Source: an uncultured Candidatus Rokubacteria bacterium
GTDB lineage: Bacteria; Methylomirabilota; Methylomirabilia; Rokubacteriales; DASRDR01
Length of the DNA: 64,000 bases
Assembly (NCBI GenBank): GCA_963708025.1
Contig: CAVPSB010000018.1
Coordinates: 160,001-224,000, forward strand
Direction: 5' to 3'
Position 1 is the first letter of the stretch, and every line of letters begins with the position of its first letter. Positions 9,750 through 23,124 of this stretch are shown one piece after another. The notes under the pieces are model-generated. The model was given only the letters and a program-made list of their open reading frames with translations, searched no databases and had not been told where the DNA came from. The translations under genes were made by a program, and so were the position numbers.

Positions 9750-10626
9750 CTACCGTTTGCGCGCGCCGCGCCGGCCCCGTGCCGCCGGCCGGGCGGCGGC
9801 CGGCTTGGCGGCCGCGTCCCGCTGCCGCTCGTGCCAGCGGGCGATCTCCTCGCAGGTGGTGAACCACACGCGGCGGGACTTCCGGATGTAGGCGACCAGG
9901 TCCTCGATCAGCGCGATCCGGGACGCCCGCCCGCTGATGAACGGGTGGCAGGTGAGGACGAAGCAGCCGTTCTCCCGGTGCATCCCGGCGAACTCGCGGC
10001 TCCAGAGGTCGAACACGCGGGCCGGGTCCGCGATGGCGTTGCTGGCGCCGTAGACGTGGCGGAACAGGGGCGCGTCGTCGAGGATCCACTGGACGGGGAC
10101 CTCGGTGAGCGGCCCGTGCTCGGTCTCCACCTCGTACGGCACGTCGTTCCCCATGAGCGAGCTGTCGTAGAGGAAGCCGTGGGCCTTGAGGAGCCCGGGG
10201 GTCCACACGTTCACGTCCCACGACGGCGAGCGGTAGCCGGCCGGCCGGACGCCCAGGTGGTCCCGGAGGATGGCGAGCTGCTGGCGCATCACGGTCTCTT
10301 CCTGCTCGCGATCCAGGAAGTGCACGGCCTCGTGGACGTTGCCGTGGGCGCCGATCTCGTGGCCGGCGTCGCGGATCCGCTTGGACTCCGGCAGGTGGTT
10401 CTCGACGCGACCAGGCCGGGATGAAGAAGCTCGCGCGGAGCTTCAGGCGGTCCATCATGCGGAGGATGCGGTCCACGCCGACCCGCGGGCCGAACCGGCG
10501 CTCCTCCAGGCCGGCCAGGCTCTTCTTGGCCTTCTCCGGCTCCCGGAACAGGAAGCCCGACTCGGCGTCGAAGTCGAACGTCAGGGACACGGCGGACTGC
10601 TGGCCATCCGGCCATCGATAGCGCAT
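9750..10626 (-). CDS. Polysaccharide deacetylase (PuuE/HpPgdA-like; frameshift near 10410)
   Basis: SLTFDFDAE, HEIGAHGNVHE, GYRSPSW, YDSSLM, LTCHPFISG. Confidence 0.88.
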
Positions 10627-10673
10627 GGGATCGCTCCTTTGCTGGTCGTGGTAGCGGGCCGGCCCGCCGGAGG

Positions 10674-13163
10674 TCATTCTCCGGCGGCCACGGTGATCGA
10701 CGCGAGGGGGACCCCCAGCCGCCGCGCGTCGCCGTTCGCCCGGGCCGCGCGCAGCGCGGGCGCGATCCAGTAGAGCCAGCTCGGCGCCGCGCCGCCCGGG
10801 TCGAGCGCCACCAACAGGCGGGTCCGGTCGTCCCGCTCGTCCACCTGGACGGCGTCGACGACCCGCCCCCGGTACATCAGGCAGATGCGCCGGGCGAAGG
10901 CGCGCCGCCGGAAGGGGAAGACCTCGAGCGTCACCCGGAGGGGGCCCGGGCCGGGGTCGAGCCGGAGCGCCGCCAGCGGCTGGGACCACCGGAACCGGGC
11001 GCCCGCGGCCACCTCCCAGCCGTAGACGTTCACCAGCCGGCCCGACCCGGCGCCGTCCTCCAGCAGGTTCCGCCCGCCGGCGGCCGGCCCGGGCGGCTGC
11101 GCCTCCCCGTGCGCCACGGCGAAGCGCACGCGAGCGAGCTCCGTCGTCCGGTCCCAGTAGGCGCGGAAGCGCCGGTAGCGCGCGTCCGCGCGCGCCAGCG
11201 GGGTGGCCGCGGCCGCCCTGGCCGCCAGGGCCGCCACGCGCGCGCGGAGGACGAGCCAGCGCTTGCCGAGGAGGGCCCGGGGCAGCAGGCGCCCCGCCGC
11301 CCCCAGCGCGGCCGGGCGGACGCCGGCGGCGAGGCGCGCGCGGGCGGCGCACGCCTGCAGGGCGGTCCGGAAGGCGGCCCGGTCGGATCGGGCGTCCAGG
11401 CTCGAGGCCTCGTCCCATTCCGGCGGCGCGCCGAAGAACTCGGCGCCGGCGCCCCCGGAGCCGACCTCGCGGCGGTACCGGCACTCGCCCTCGGTGAAGC
11501 TCTGGATGAACCGGTCCAGCACGGACAGCCGCCCGGGATAGAGGTGCGTGACCCCGACCCCCGGGGCGTACTCGAGCCAGAAGCCGCGCCGCTTCAGCTC
11601 GGCCGCGAGCAGCCACTCCGCGAAGCGGTCGTACCGGGGCTGGAGCCCGCCGGCCGCGAAGTAGGCCTCCCGCCTGAGCGCCACCGCCCGCATGATGACC
11701 TTTTCCCAGCGCCCGGGCTGGGACCACTCCCGGAAGCCGTCGTCGTACATGCGGGACTCCAGGGCGCCGATGGCGGACCGCCACTCGGGGATCGTCCGGC
11801 CGCAGAGGCCGTCGGCCCGGGAGTGCTCGAAGAAGCGGATGATCTCGGCCGCCGCCTCGGGCTCGGCCCGGCAGTGCGCCTCCGTGAAGAAGAGGATGTC
11901 CCCCCGCGCCAGGGTCGCGCCGTGGTGGTACGCCTCGATCTCGTTCGCGGCGTCAACCCGGACGAGGCGGTCGTGCGGCCGCAGCAGGCCCGCCAGCTCC
12001 GCTTCCAGGTCGCGGGTCCGGGCGTCGAGCAGGACGATCAGCTCGAACGCCTCCGGCTCGCAGCGCTGGCCGGAAGTCCAGCTCTCGACCGTGCGCCGCG
12101 CCATGCCGTAGTGCTCGTCCATGGTCAGGATCACGCTGACCACCGGCGCGCGGCGGCGGCAGGCCGCCGGGCGAGCCGGCGCCGCCGCGTCCTGGATCGC
12201 GGTCAGCACCCGCAGCGTCGCCAGGTCCCGGTCCGCCGCGCCCGGCGCCCCGGCCGGACCCCCGCTGTCGCGGTCGAGCGCGGACCGATAGAACCCGAGC
12301 AGCGCCCGCTCGTAGTGGGCCACGCTCGAGGTCACCCGCCGCGGCGCGGGGTCGCCGGCGATCCAGCCGGCGGCGTGCGAGGCCACGTGCGCCTCGGCCC
12401 GGCCGCTCGCCCCGGTGACGGCGATCCGCTTCTGGAGCCACGGGCCCAGCCCGGCGACGGGACGCGGGGCCAGCAGCCCGCAGCCCAGCCGGACCGTGAC
12501 GCCGGCGCCGGTGACGAGCTCGGCCCGGAGCCAGGCGCGGCCGCGATGGGCGGCGTCAACGTGGTACCGCGCGGGGACCGGGGCGTCCTTCGCCAGCGCC
12601 ACCAGGTCGTCGCTCGCCTCGCAGGCCGCGACCGACAGCGCCGCGCCGCCCAGGAGGCCGCCGACCAGGTCCAGCAGGTGAGAGCCCTGATCGAAGAGGC
12701 TGCCGGCGCAGCTCGCCTCGATCTCGCGCAGCTCCCCGAGGGCCCCCGCCTGGACCCAGTCGAGCAGCGCGGCGAACTCGGGCGTGAACGGGAGCTGGTG
12801 CGCCACCCTGAGGCATGCCCCGGCGGCGCGGCAGCGGGCGGCGAGGTCGGCGCCCTCGGCCCACTCGAGCGCCAGCGGCTTCTCGACGATCACCAGCCGG
12901 GGCTCGGCCGCGTCGAGGATGTCGGCGACCACGCGGCCGCGGACCGCCGGCGGCGTCGCCACCACGACCACGTCGGGGGCGACCTCGGCCAGCCCGGCCT
13001 GCAGGTCCCGGTAGACGCGGAGGCCGGTCGCCGACCACTGCTCCCGGGCGGGCGGCGCCGGATCGAAGCCGCCCCCGACCGCCACCCCCGGCAGCTGGGC
13101 CAGGGCCTCCCGGTGCGCGACCATCCGCCGGCCGAGCCCGACGAGGAAAACCCGCGCCGTCAC
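10674..13163 (-). CDS. Gfo/Idh/MocA oxidoreductase fused to a GT2 glycosyltransferase
   Basis: N-terminal LVGLG, VATPP, VEKPLA, DQGSHLLD; C-terminal VVSVIL, ILFFTEAH, YFAAGG. Confidence 0.75.
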   Translation of the reverse strand: MTARVFLVGLGRRMVAHREALAQLPGVAVGGGFDPAPPAREQWSATGLRVYRDLQAGLAEVAPDVVVVATPPAVRGRVVADILDAAEPRLVIVEKPLALEWAEGADLAARCRAAGACLRVAHQLPFTPEFAALLDWVQAGALGELREIEASCAGSLFDQGSHLLDLVGGLLGGAALSVAACEASDDLVALAKDAPVPARYHVDAAHRGRAWLRAELVTGAGVTVRLGCGLLAPRPVAGLGPWLQKRIAVTGASGRAEAHVASHAAGWIAGDPAPRRVTSSVAHYERALLGFYRSALDRDSGGPAGAPGAADRDLATLRVLTAIQDAAAPARPAACRRRAPVVSVILTMDEHYGMARRTVESWTSGQRCEPEAFELIVLLDARTRDLEAELAGLLRPHDRLVRVDAANEIEAYHHGATLARGDILFFTEAHCRAEPEAAAEIIRFFEHSRADGLCGRTIPEWRSAIGALESRMYDDGFREWSQPGRWEKVIMRAVALRREAYFAAGGLQPRYDRFAEWLLAAELKRRGFWLEYAPGVGVTHLYPGRLSVLDRFIQSFTEGECRYRREVGSGGAGAEFFGAPPEWDEASSLDARSDRAAFRTALQACAARARLAAGVRPAALGAAGRLLPRALLGKRWLVLRARVAALAARAAAATPLARADARYRRFRAYWDRTTELARVRFAVAHGEAQPPGPAAGGRNLLEDGAGSGRLVNVYGWEVAAGARFRWSQPLAALRLDPGPGPLRVTLEVFPFRRRAFARRICLMYRGRVVDAVQVDERDDRTRLLVALDPGGAAPSWLYWIAPALRAARANGDARRLGVPLASITVAAGE

Positions 13164-13249
13164 GCCGGGATTCGCCCGAGGAGCGCCGCGGGGGCCACGG
13201 CCGGCAGTCTACCCGATCCGCCGCACGCCCGCGAGCCTCATTCGGTTTC

Positions 13250-14335
13250 ATGGTGCCGGAGGCGAACGGGCGTACCCTACCTGGACCGATGGGCGCCTGG
13301 GGCACCGGGATTCTCCAGCGCTGGATTCGCGGCCGCCCGGCGAAGCCGCGCCCGCGAGCCCCCGGGCGGCCGGCGGCGCCACCGGGTCCGCCGCTCGCGA
13401 TGCGGCGGGGCACCCGGCTGCCGATCGTGGACTGGGAGGCGATGGATGCCCATGCCCCGTCCACCGATGACCGCGAGGCCCTCGACACGTTCTGGTCCTC
13501 GGTCGCGCGCGGCTGGCTGGACGCGTTGCGGAGGAGGCTCGGCGCGCGCTAACGGGTCCGGGAGTCGGACCGCTTCCTGCTGCTGAGCCCGCTCGCAGCA
13601 TCCCGGGCGGAGGCCGCGCTCGACTACGTCGAGACCACCCGCAAACGCATCCTCGCCCTGCTCGACGGCATCGCGGCGGAGAGCGAGCTCGGCAAGGTGT
13701 GCGTGCTGATCTTCGCCGGCGTCAACCGCTACTACGAGTACGTGTCGCACTACTACCCGCGCGAGGGCGAGTTCGCGCAGTCCGGCGGCATGTTCATCCA
13801 CGAGGGGTACGGGCACTTCGTCTTCGTGGCCGACGACATGAGCACCATGGAGCCGACCATCGCGCACGAGCTGACGCACTGCCTGGTGCAGCACCTGCCC
13901 TTGCCCGCCTGGCTGAACGAGGGCATCGCGGTCAACGTCGAGGAGCGGCTCTTCCCGCCGTCGGCGAGCCGGCTGCGCGCCGCGGCCGAGCTGCGGCCGA
14001 AGCACGGCGAGTTCTGGGACCGGACGACCATCCAGGAGTTCTGGTCGGGGAAGTCCTGGCTGCGCCCCGGCGACGCGAACACGCTGAGCTACGACCTCGC
14101 CCGGCAGCTCGTCCGCCTGGCGGCCACCGACCCCGACGCGTTCCGCGCCTTCACCAACGCCGCGGATGCGGCCGACGGCGGCGCCGCCGCCGCCCGCGCG
14201 CACCTCGGCCACCCGGTGGCCAGCCTGGTGAAGACCGTGCTCGGCCGAGGCCCCTGGCGCCCCCGGCCGGACACGTGGACCGACGGCATCGAGCGAGGCG
14301 CGCACCATCCCGGTGCGCCGGCATCCTTCCGGTGA
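13250..14335 (+). CDS. HExxH zinc-metallopeptidase-like hypothetical protein with an in-frame TAA at 13550-13552
   Basis: IAHELTH..PAWLNEGIA; the reading frame is continuous across a single TAA, probably a miscalled TAC. Confidence 0.65.
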
Positions 14336-14343
14336 GCCGCTCG

Positions 14344-14991
14344 ATGGCCCGCGCGGCGATGCTGGTCGCCGCCATCGTCGTGGTGGGAGCGAGCGGATGC
14401 GCGCGGGGTGTCCGCCGGGACGACGGGGCCGCCTTCGAGGCCCGGGTGCTGCGGGAGATCGCCGCGGTCTTTCCCGGCGATCCGGGGCTGTTCCGGGTCG
14501 CCCATCCTCCCGAGACCGCCGTCGGCTTCTACGGCGACACGCTCGAGGAGGCCGCGGTCCAGTGCCGCCTCGCCGTCACGCTCGACATCGTCCAGGGCGG
14601 ACGGCAGCGGGGCAGCATGGTGGTCGCCCGGTGCCCCGAGCACCTCGCGGGACTGCGCGAGCGCCTGCGGCGCGTGCCGGACGGCATCCGGGCCGCGCTG
14701 GAGGACGAGGACGTCAAGGACTTCATCGAGGAAGCGAAGGTACTCGAAGCCGACTTGACCTACCAGCAGACGACCCTGCGCGATGGGGCGAGCCTGCACT
14801 ACTTCCCGCTGATCATGCCCGTCCATGGCATCCACATCGTGCCCACCGTCGTCCTGCTGGACGGAGACCGGGCCGTCGTTGTGCAGGCGCTGATGACCGG
14901 CGTCTGCGATGCCGAGCGAAGCCCTCTCCCTCTCTGCACGCAGACGAGAGACAGGCTGAGCGACCTCGCCCGCCGGCTTCTCCGGGAGTGA
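14344..14991 (+). CDS. Hypothetical lipoprotein
   Basis: MARAAMLVAAIVVVGASGC lipobox-like signal. Confidence 0.65.
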   Translation: MARAAMLVAAIVVVGASGCARGVRRDDGAAFEARVLREIAAVFPGDPGLFRVAHPPETAVGFYGDTLEEAAVQCRLAVTLDIVQGGRQRGSMVVARCPEHLAGLRERLRRVPDGIRAALEDEDVKDFIEEAKVLEADLTYQQTTLRDGASLHYFPLIMPVHGIHIVPTVVLLDGDRAVVVQALMTGVCDAERSPLPLCTQTRDRLSDLARRLLRE

Positions 14992-15158
14992 GGCACTTGT
15001 CATTGGAGAGGCGAAACACGCTCGTCGTGTGGCTGCTCGTGCTGGCCGTGGCGGCGACGGCGGCCGCCCTGGGACGTTTCGTGTTCGGCGCGCCGTGGTG
15101 GCTGGCGATCATCATCGCCCTCGTCGCACTGCTCGTCAACGGATGGATCGCGGAGTAG
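14988..15158 (+). CDS. Small two-TM membrane protein
   Basis: GTGA overlap with the upstream stop; two hydrophobic stretches. Confidence 0.55.
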   Translation: MRHLSLERRNTLVVWLLVLAVAATAAALGRFVFGAPWWLAIIIALVALLVNGWIAE

Positions 15159-15194
15159 GGATCGATTCGCCCTAAGACGGCGGGAGCGAGGCCG

Positions 15195-15967
15195 GTGACT
15201 GCGAAGCTGGATATACGGGTGTCCTCGGATGTCTGGCAAGATCCAGCGTGGCCATTGTTTTCCCGCTCGGCGAGTCGGCCGCGGACCCCCGATGCCGCTG
15301 CCGTCGCCGCAATGACGCTGAAGTGGACGGCGCCGTGGACCGAATCCCCCCTCACCCTGGATCTGGCTGCTGTCCAAATGCAGCGGATACTGCAAGGGGC
15401 CCTCGGCGAGCTGGTGATGACGGGCTGGCTGTTCCTCGGCCACGCGCCGTGGCAGCCTCGGTCGCGCCTCGTCGAATACAAGCGCATCTGGAAGAGTCTC
15501 GCAGGCCGCTTTGATCTGACGCAGCTCCAGACTGGCGAGGAGATCCGGATCGAGAGCGCTGACGGGATCCGGTTCGCGGCGCTCGCGCGGGTCGCCTCCG
15601 ACGGTGTGGCACCGGCGATCGCGATCTGCCGAGCGTTCCAGGACGGATGTCTGATTCTGGCCCCGGCCAGCCCTGGCTGGTCGCTCGCTTCGGAGCAGCT
15701 CTTTGCCGCGGCGTTCCCGAGTCCCCCGGGCGGCCGCCCGGAACGGATTTCGACTGGCCGTCGTTCGCGCTATCGGTCTGCCGAACTCGCGCGATCGTGG
15801 CGCGAGACAGGGGCCTGGAGGAGCCTCCCGGCGCGGTAGGCGTCAACTTCTTTCTGGAGGCCCGGGATCTCCGGGCGTTCCAGCGGGTCGTCAAGGGGGT
15901 CGTCAGCTCCGAAGGTGTCTGCCCCCTGCCGCCGCCCAGCGGGCGCGCGCATCGCCGGGGCGACTGA
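15195..15967 (+). CDS. Hypothetical protein (likely frameshift near 15715)
   Basis: Globular composition in 15195-15720 that continues in the 15647 frame (DFDWPSFALSVC). Confidence 0.5.
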
Positions 15968-16003
15968 CCTGGAAGAGCCGAATGGCCTTTCACTGAGGGG
16001 ATC

Positions 16004-16444
16004 GTGCCTATGGACCGGCTCGCGTCGAAGGTCGGTGCCGACAGTCTGAGCCTTGCTCTCGTCGAGTACGAGACGAACCCTCCGGACAAGGGTGACTACC
16101 TGTGTTTCGATGCGCAGGTGTCGTCAGCTGGGTTCAGTGGTGCGAGCCGTTTCTGGGTGGCCAGGTCCGACCTCGACGTGTTCCTCGCCGAAGTGGAGGC
16201 GTTCGACCGGTCGCTCCGCGGAAGCGCAGACATTCGCTGTGGATGGGGGCAGGAGGAGCTGTTCTCGGTCGAGTTCTTTCCGCACGATCGCCTGGGCCAC
16301 GTTGGCGTGAAGGTGCGGATCGGGGCGGCAAAGCCGGCTCGACGAACCAGTCAGCACTCCGTCTCCGTGGAGTTCGAAGTCGAGCCCATGGCACTCTCGG
16401 CATTCGCAGCGGCCCTCCGGGTCACGATCGAGAGGAGAGCCTGA
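16004..16444 (+). CDS. Hypothetical protein resembling WapI-type immunity proteins
   Basis: 146 aa; FLAEVEAFDRSLRGSA..DRLGHVGV..FEVEPMAL pattern; RBS GAGGG. Confidence 0.55.
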   Translation: MPMDRLASKVGADSLSLALVEYETNPPDKGDYLCFDAQVSSAGFSGASRFWVARSDLDVFLAEVEAFDRSLRGSADIRCGWGQEELFSVEFFPHDRLGHVGVKVRIGAAKPARRTSQHSVSVEFEVEPMALSAFAAALRVTIERRA

Positions 16445-16789
16445 TGAGGCCGGCAACGTCGATCGTCGTCCTGCTCGTCATCCTGCCGCTTGCCTCAGCG
16501 GCGCAGGGGTCATCGAGCGTTCGCACCTACGCGCTGCCCGGGCACGGCACGGTCGAGATGAGGGACGCACCGGATACCTATCGTGAGGAAGTCGCCAACA
16601 GCTTTTATCGTCGGCGAGACGAGTGACGAGATGCTCGTGATCCGCCGGGGTCCACATCGTAGGACGTGCCAGCCGAGCCCGTTGAGGAGGTCGTAGCCGC
16701 GCAAGCGGAAGCGAGAGTGGGAGGGGTCGGGCAGGCCCGGCCGGCTCGCGTTTGTCCGGGGGGCCTGTTACGATGAACGGGAGCAGCTG

Positions 16790-18313
16790 ATGGTCGCCAC
16801 CGGGCAGGCTCCCCAGGCTTCTCCGACCGCGCCCCTGATCGTCACGCTGGACGTCGGCTCCTCCTCGGTGCGGGCGCTCTGCTTCGACGCCGCCGGGCGC
16901 GCGCTGCCGGTCGAGCGGCAGCTCCGCTACGAGCTGGACACGACGCCGGACGGCGGGGTGGAGATCGATGCCGAGCGGCTCCTCGCGCTGACCGCCGAGG
17001 CGCTCGACGGCCTCCTGGCCGACCTCGGCGACCGGGCCGCGCGGCGTCGCCGCCGTGGCGATGAGCACCTTCTGGCACACGGTGCTCGGCGTGGGCGCCG
17101 ACGGCCGGGCCCGCACGCCCGTCTACTCGTGGGCCGACACGCGGAGCGCGGCGCGCCGTGGAGGTGCTGCGCGGGCGCCTCGACGAGAAGGCCTACCACG
17201 CGCGGACCGGCTGCGTGCTCCACACCTCGTACCTGCCGGCGCGGCTCCTCTGGCTCGCCGGCGCCGATCCGGCCGCGTTCGCCGCGAGCCGCAGCTTCAT
17301 GTCGTTCGGCGAGTACCTCCACCTCCGGCTCTTCGGCGAGACGCGCTGCAGCGTCTCGATGGCCTCGGGCGACCGGCCTCCTCGATCAGCACCGGCTGCG
17401 GTGGGACACCACGACCCTGGAGGCGCTCGGGCTGACGGCGGAGCGCCTCGTGCCCGCTGGCCGGGCTCGACGCGCCGCTCTCCGGGCTCCGCCCCGAGTG
17501 GGCCGGCCGCTGGCCGACGCTGGCTCGGGTGCCGTGGCTGCCGGCGCTCGGCGACGGCGCCTGCTCCAACGTCGGCGCCGGCTGCGTCGGCCCCGACCGG
17601 ATCGCGCTCATGGTCGGCACCTCGGGCGCGATGCGGGTCTGCTGGCCGACCGACGCCGTGACCGTCCCCCCCGGGCTCTGGTGCTACCGCGTGGACGGCC
17701 GCCGCGTCCTGCTGGGGGGCGCGCTCTCGAACGGCGGGAGCGTCTACGCCTGGCTCCGCGACACCCTCCGCGTCGGCGAGCCCGCGGCGCTCGAGCGCGA
17801 GATCGCCGCCATGGAGCCCGACACCCACGGCCTGACGATCCTCCCGTTTTTCGCGGGGGAGCGGAGCACCGGCTGGGTCGCCAGCGCCCGGGCGGCCATC
17901 GTGGGCGCCTCCCTGGACACCGGCCCGGTCGACATCGTCCGGGCCGCGCTGGAGACGGTGGCCTACCGCTTCGCCCTGATCCACGCGCTCCTCGCCGAGG
18001 CGTGCCCGCGGGCCGACGAGGTCGTGGCCACCGGCGGCGCCCTCGTGGCCTCCCCGGCCTGGACCCGGATCATGGCCGACGTGCTGGGCGTCCCGGTGCG
18101 GGCCTCGACGGAGCCCGAGGCCTCGAGCCGGGGGGCCGCGCTGCTCGCCCTCGAGGCGCTCGGCGTCCTGCCGTCGCTCGCCGCCGCCCCGGCCGGCTTC
18201 GGCGCCACCGTCGAGCCGGATCCCGCGCGTCACGCCCGCTACCGGGAGGGCCTGGCCCGCCACCGCCAGCTCTACGAGCTGCTGATCCCGTTCTACACAC
18301 GGAGGTCGCCCGC

Positions 18314-18317
<4 letters not shown>
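16790..18317 (+). CDS. gntK: Gluconokinase, FGGY family (about 4 frameshifts)
   Basis: [56 protein letters not shown]. Confidence 0.8.
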
Positions 18318-20325
<2,008 letters not shown>

Positions 20326-20329
<4 letters not shown>

Positions 20330-21888
20330 GCGGCCCGGCGGCGACCAGCCCGGCGGCCCCCGAGGCGATGGAGGCGAACCCGCTCCGGGCCGGGCTCGGG
20401 GGCGAGCGGGCGCTGGATCCCTGCGTCGTGGTCATCTTCGGAGCGACCGGCGACCTGGCGCGCCGGAAGCTCCTGCCCGCCCTCTACGCCCTCGCCCTCG
20501 AGCATCGCCTCCCGGTCGGCCTGACCGTCCTCGGCGTGGCGCGCAAGCCCGTGGGCGACGCGGAGTTCCGGAAGCAGATGCGGGAAGCGGTGGCCGCCCA
20601 CGGCCGGTCCGGCGCGCCGGCCGACGTGGAGTGGGAGCCGTTCGCCGAGGGGCTCTTCTACCAGGACCTGGACTACAGCGACCCGCGGGCGTACGGCGCG
20701 CTCGCCGAGCGCCTGACCCGGCTCGACGCCGAGCGCGGCACCCGCGGCAACTACCTCTTCTACCTGGCGACCCCGCCGTCGGTCTTCCCGGTGGCGGTCA
20801 CCCAGCTCGGCGCGGCCGGGCTGGCGCGCTCGGGGACCGGCTGGCGCCGCGTCGTCATCGAGAAGCCGATCGGCCACGACCTGGCCTCGGCCCGCGCGCT
20901 GAACACGGTGATCGCGGAGTCGTTCGACGAGTCGCAGGTCTACCGGATCGACCACTACCTGGGCAAGGAGACCGTCCAGAACCTCCTGGTCTTCCGCTTC
21001 GCCAACGGGATCTTCGAGCCGCTCTGGAACCGGGCCCACGTGGACAACGTCCAGATCACGGTGGCCGAGTCGCTGGGCGTGGAGGGGCGCGGCGCCTACT
21101 ACGAGGAGGCCGGCGTCCTCCGCGACATGGTGCAGAACCATCTCCTCCAGCTCCTCTGCCTGGTCGCGATGGAGCCGCCGGCCACCTTCGCCGCCGACCA
21201 CGTGCGGGACGAGAAGACGAAGGTGCTCCGTGCCATCCGGCCGATCCGACCCGACGACGTCGAGCGCGTCGCCGTGCGCGCCCAGTACGAACGGGGCGCG
21301 ATCCTCGGGGAGCCGGTGCCCGGCTACCGGGAGGAGCCGGGCGTGGCGCCGGCCTCGACGACCGACACCTACACGGCGGTGCGGCTCGACGTGGACAACT
21401 GGCGCTGGTCCGGGGTGCCCTTCTACCTCCGCTCGGGCAAGCGGCTGACCCGGCGGCTGAGCGAGATCGCGCTCCAGTTCCGGCGGCCGCCCCAGCTCCT
21501 GTTCGGTCCCCACGTCGAGGAGCTCCAGCCGAATAGCCTGGTGGTGCGGATCCAGCCGGACGAGGGGATCGCCCTCCGGTTCGCGGCCAAGCTGCCCGTC
21601 CAGGAGTTCCAGCTCCGCCCGGTGACGATGGACTTCCGCTACGGCACCTCGTTCGGGATCGCGGCGCCGGAGGCCTACGAGCGCCTCTTGCTCGACGCGA
21701 TGCGCGGCGATCCGACGCTCTTCGCCCGGGCCGACTGGGTGGATGCGGCGTGGCAGGTGCTGGCGCCCATCCAGGCCGCCTGGGCCGCCGGGCCGCCGAA
21801 GCTTCCCACCTACGAGGCGGGGAGCGCGGGGCCTCGCGAGGCGGACGAGCTGCTGGAGCGGGAGGGGCGCCGGTGGCGCCGCCTGTGA
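20326..21888 (+). CDS. zwf: Glucose-6-phosphate 1-dehydrogenase
   Basis: [38 protein letters not shown] overlap with tkt. Confidence 0.97.
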
Positions 21889-21905
21889 GCGGCCCGGTAT
21901 CTCCT

Positions 21906-21993
21906 CCGCTCCCTCTCCCTTCCAGGGAGAGGGTGGGGGTGAGGGTGTGCCGGTGCGCGTGGTCCTGGCCCTCTCCCCCGATGGGGGAGAGGG
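21906..21993. repeat. CCCTCTCCC/GGGAGAGGG REP-like palindromes (two hairpins)
   Basis: CCGCTCCCTCTCCCT-tcc-AGGGAGAGGG..GGGGTGAGGG plus CCCTCTCCCCC-gat-GGGGGAGAGGG; the first unit recurs at 32891. Confidence 0.85.
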
Positions 21994-22008
21994 AAACGAG
22001 GTAGGTCT

Positions 22009-23124
22009 GTGAGCAGTCCGGGTGTCCCGGTCGTCCTGCACGACCTCGGCGCGGTCGAGGGCGAGCTGGAGCGGCTCTGGCAGGCCAACGCGGCGCCGGC
22101 GGACGGGCAGGCGGCGCGGGCCGTCATGCGGGCCGCGACGTTCAACCTGATCGCCATCGTGCCGAGTGAGCGCGACGCCGACCGGGCCTGTGCCGTCCTC
22201 GGGGGTGTCACCGCCCAGTACCCCGGGCGGGTGCTGATCGTGGACGTCGAGCCGGACGCCACCCCGCCGGGCCTGGTGGCATGGGTCGCGATGCACTGCC
22301 GCGGCATCGACGGCGCCGCCCAGATCTGCGGCGAGCAGATCGTCATCCGGGCGGCCGGCGACGCGGTGGATCGCCTCGGCGGCGCGCTGGCCGCGCTGCT
22401 CCTGCCCGATTGCCCGGTCGTCCTCTGGTGGCAGGGCGGACCGGGCCCGGCCGGCGTCCTGCTCGACCGGCTGGCGCCCATGGTGGATGCGGTGCTGCTC
22501 GACGGCGCCCGCTTCACGCCGGAGACCCTGCCCCGCTGGGTAGAACGCGCCCGGGGCCACGACGCGACTGCGGTGGGTGACTCTGCCTGGGAGCGGGGCG
22601 CGCCGTGGCGGGGCTGGACGGCGGACGGCTTCGAGCCGCGCGCGCTGCGCGCGAGCCTCGGCCGGATCCGCGCCGTGAGCGTCGAGTGCGGGGAGCGGGG
22701 CGAGATGACCGGGCTTCTCTACGTCGCCTGGCTGGCGAGCCGCCTGGGCTGGCGTCCGGACCCGGGCCTCGCCCGCTCCGACGGGACCGGGTGGGCGGGC
22801 ACGCTCGCCGGGCCCGAGGGGCCGGTCGCCGTCGCCCTGCGCGCGGAGGGGCCGGGGGCGGACCTGTGCGGCGCGACGCTCGAGGCCGACGGCCTGCGCT
22901 GCGCCCTGACGCGCGAGAGCCCGGAGTGCGGCGCGGTGACCGTCACCCGCGGGGCGGGCGTGGCGCTCCGCGGCGCCGCCCGCGTCCCGGCGACGGACGA
23001 GGTCCGGCTGGTCGGCCGGTGGCTCGAGGCGCCACGCTGGGACCCGCTCTACGGTGACGCGCTCGTGGCGCTGGCGGCGATCTGCCGCGCCGGCGCCGGC
23101 CCGGCGGTCACGCCCGGAACGTGA
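22009..23124 (+). CDS. opcA: G6PD assembly protein OpcA
   Basis: Follows zwf; RAATFNL, YPGRVL, CGEQI, LLLPDCPVVLWW, WLASRLGW. Confidence 0.88.
   Translation: MSSPGVPVVLHDLGAVEGELERLWQANAAPADGQAARAVMRAATFNLIAIVPSERDADRACAVLGGVTAQYPGRVLIVDVEPDATPPGLVAWVAMHCRGIDGAAQICGEQIVIRAAGDAVDRLGGALAALLLPDCPVVLWWQGGPGPAGVLLDRLAPMVDAVLLDGARFTPETLPRWVERARGHDATAVGDSAWERGAPWRGWTADGFEPRALRASLGRIRAVSVECGERGEMTGLLYVAWLASRLGWRPDPGLARSDGTGWAGTLAGPEGPVAVALRAEGPGADLCGATLEADGLRCALTRESPECGAVTVTRGAGVALRGAARVPATDEVRLVGRWLEAPRWDPLYGDALVALAAICRAGAGPAVTPGT

Noticed and set aside
13550-13552. In-frame stop as programmed recoding
   Set aside because: It is TAA, which is not a Sec or Pyl codon; a TAC miscall or nonsense mutation is simpler.
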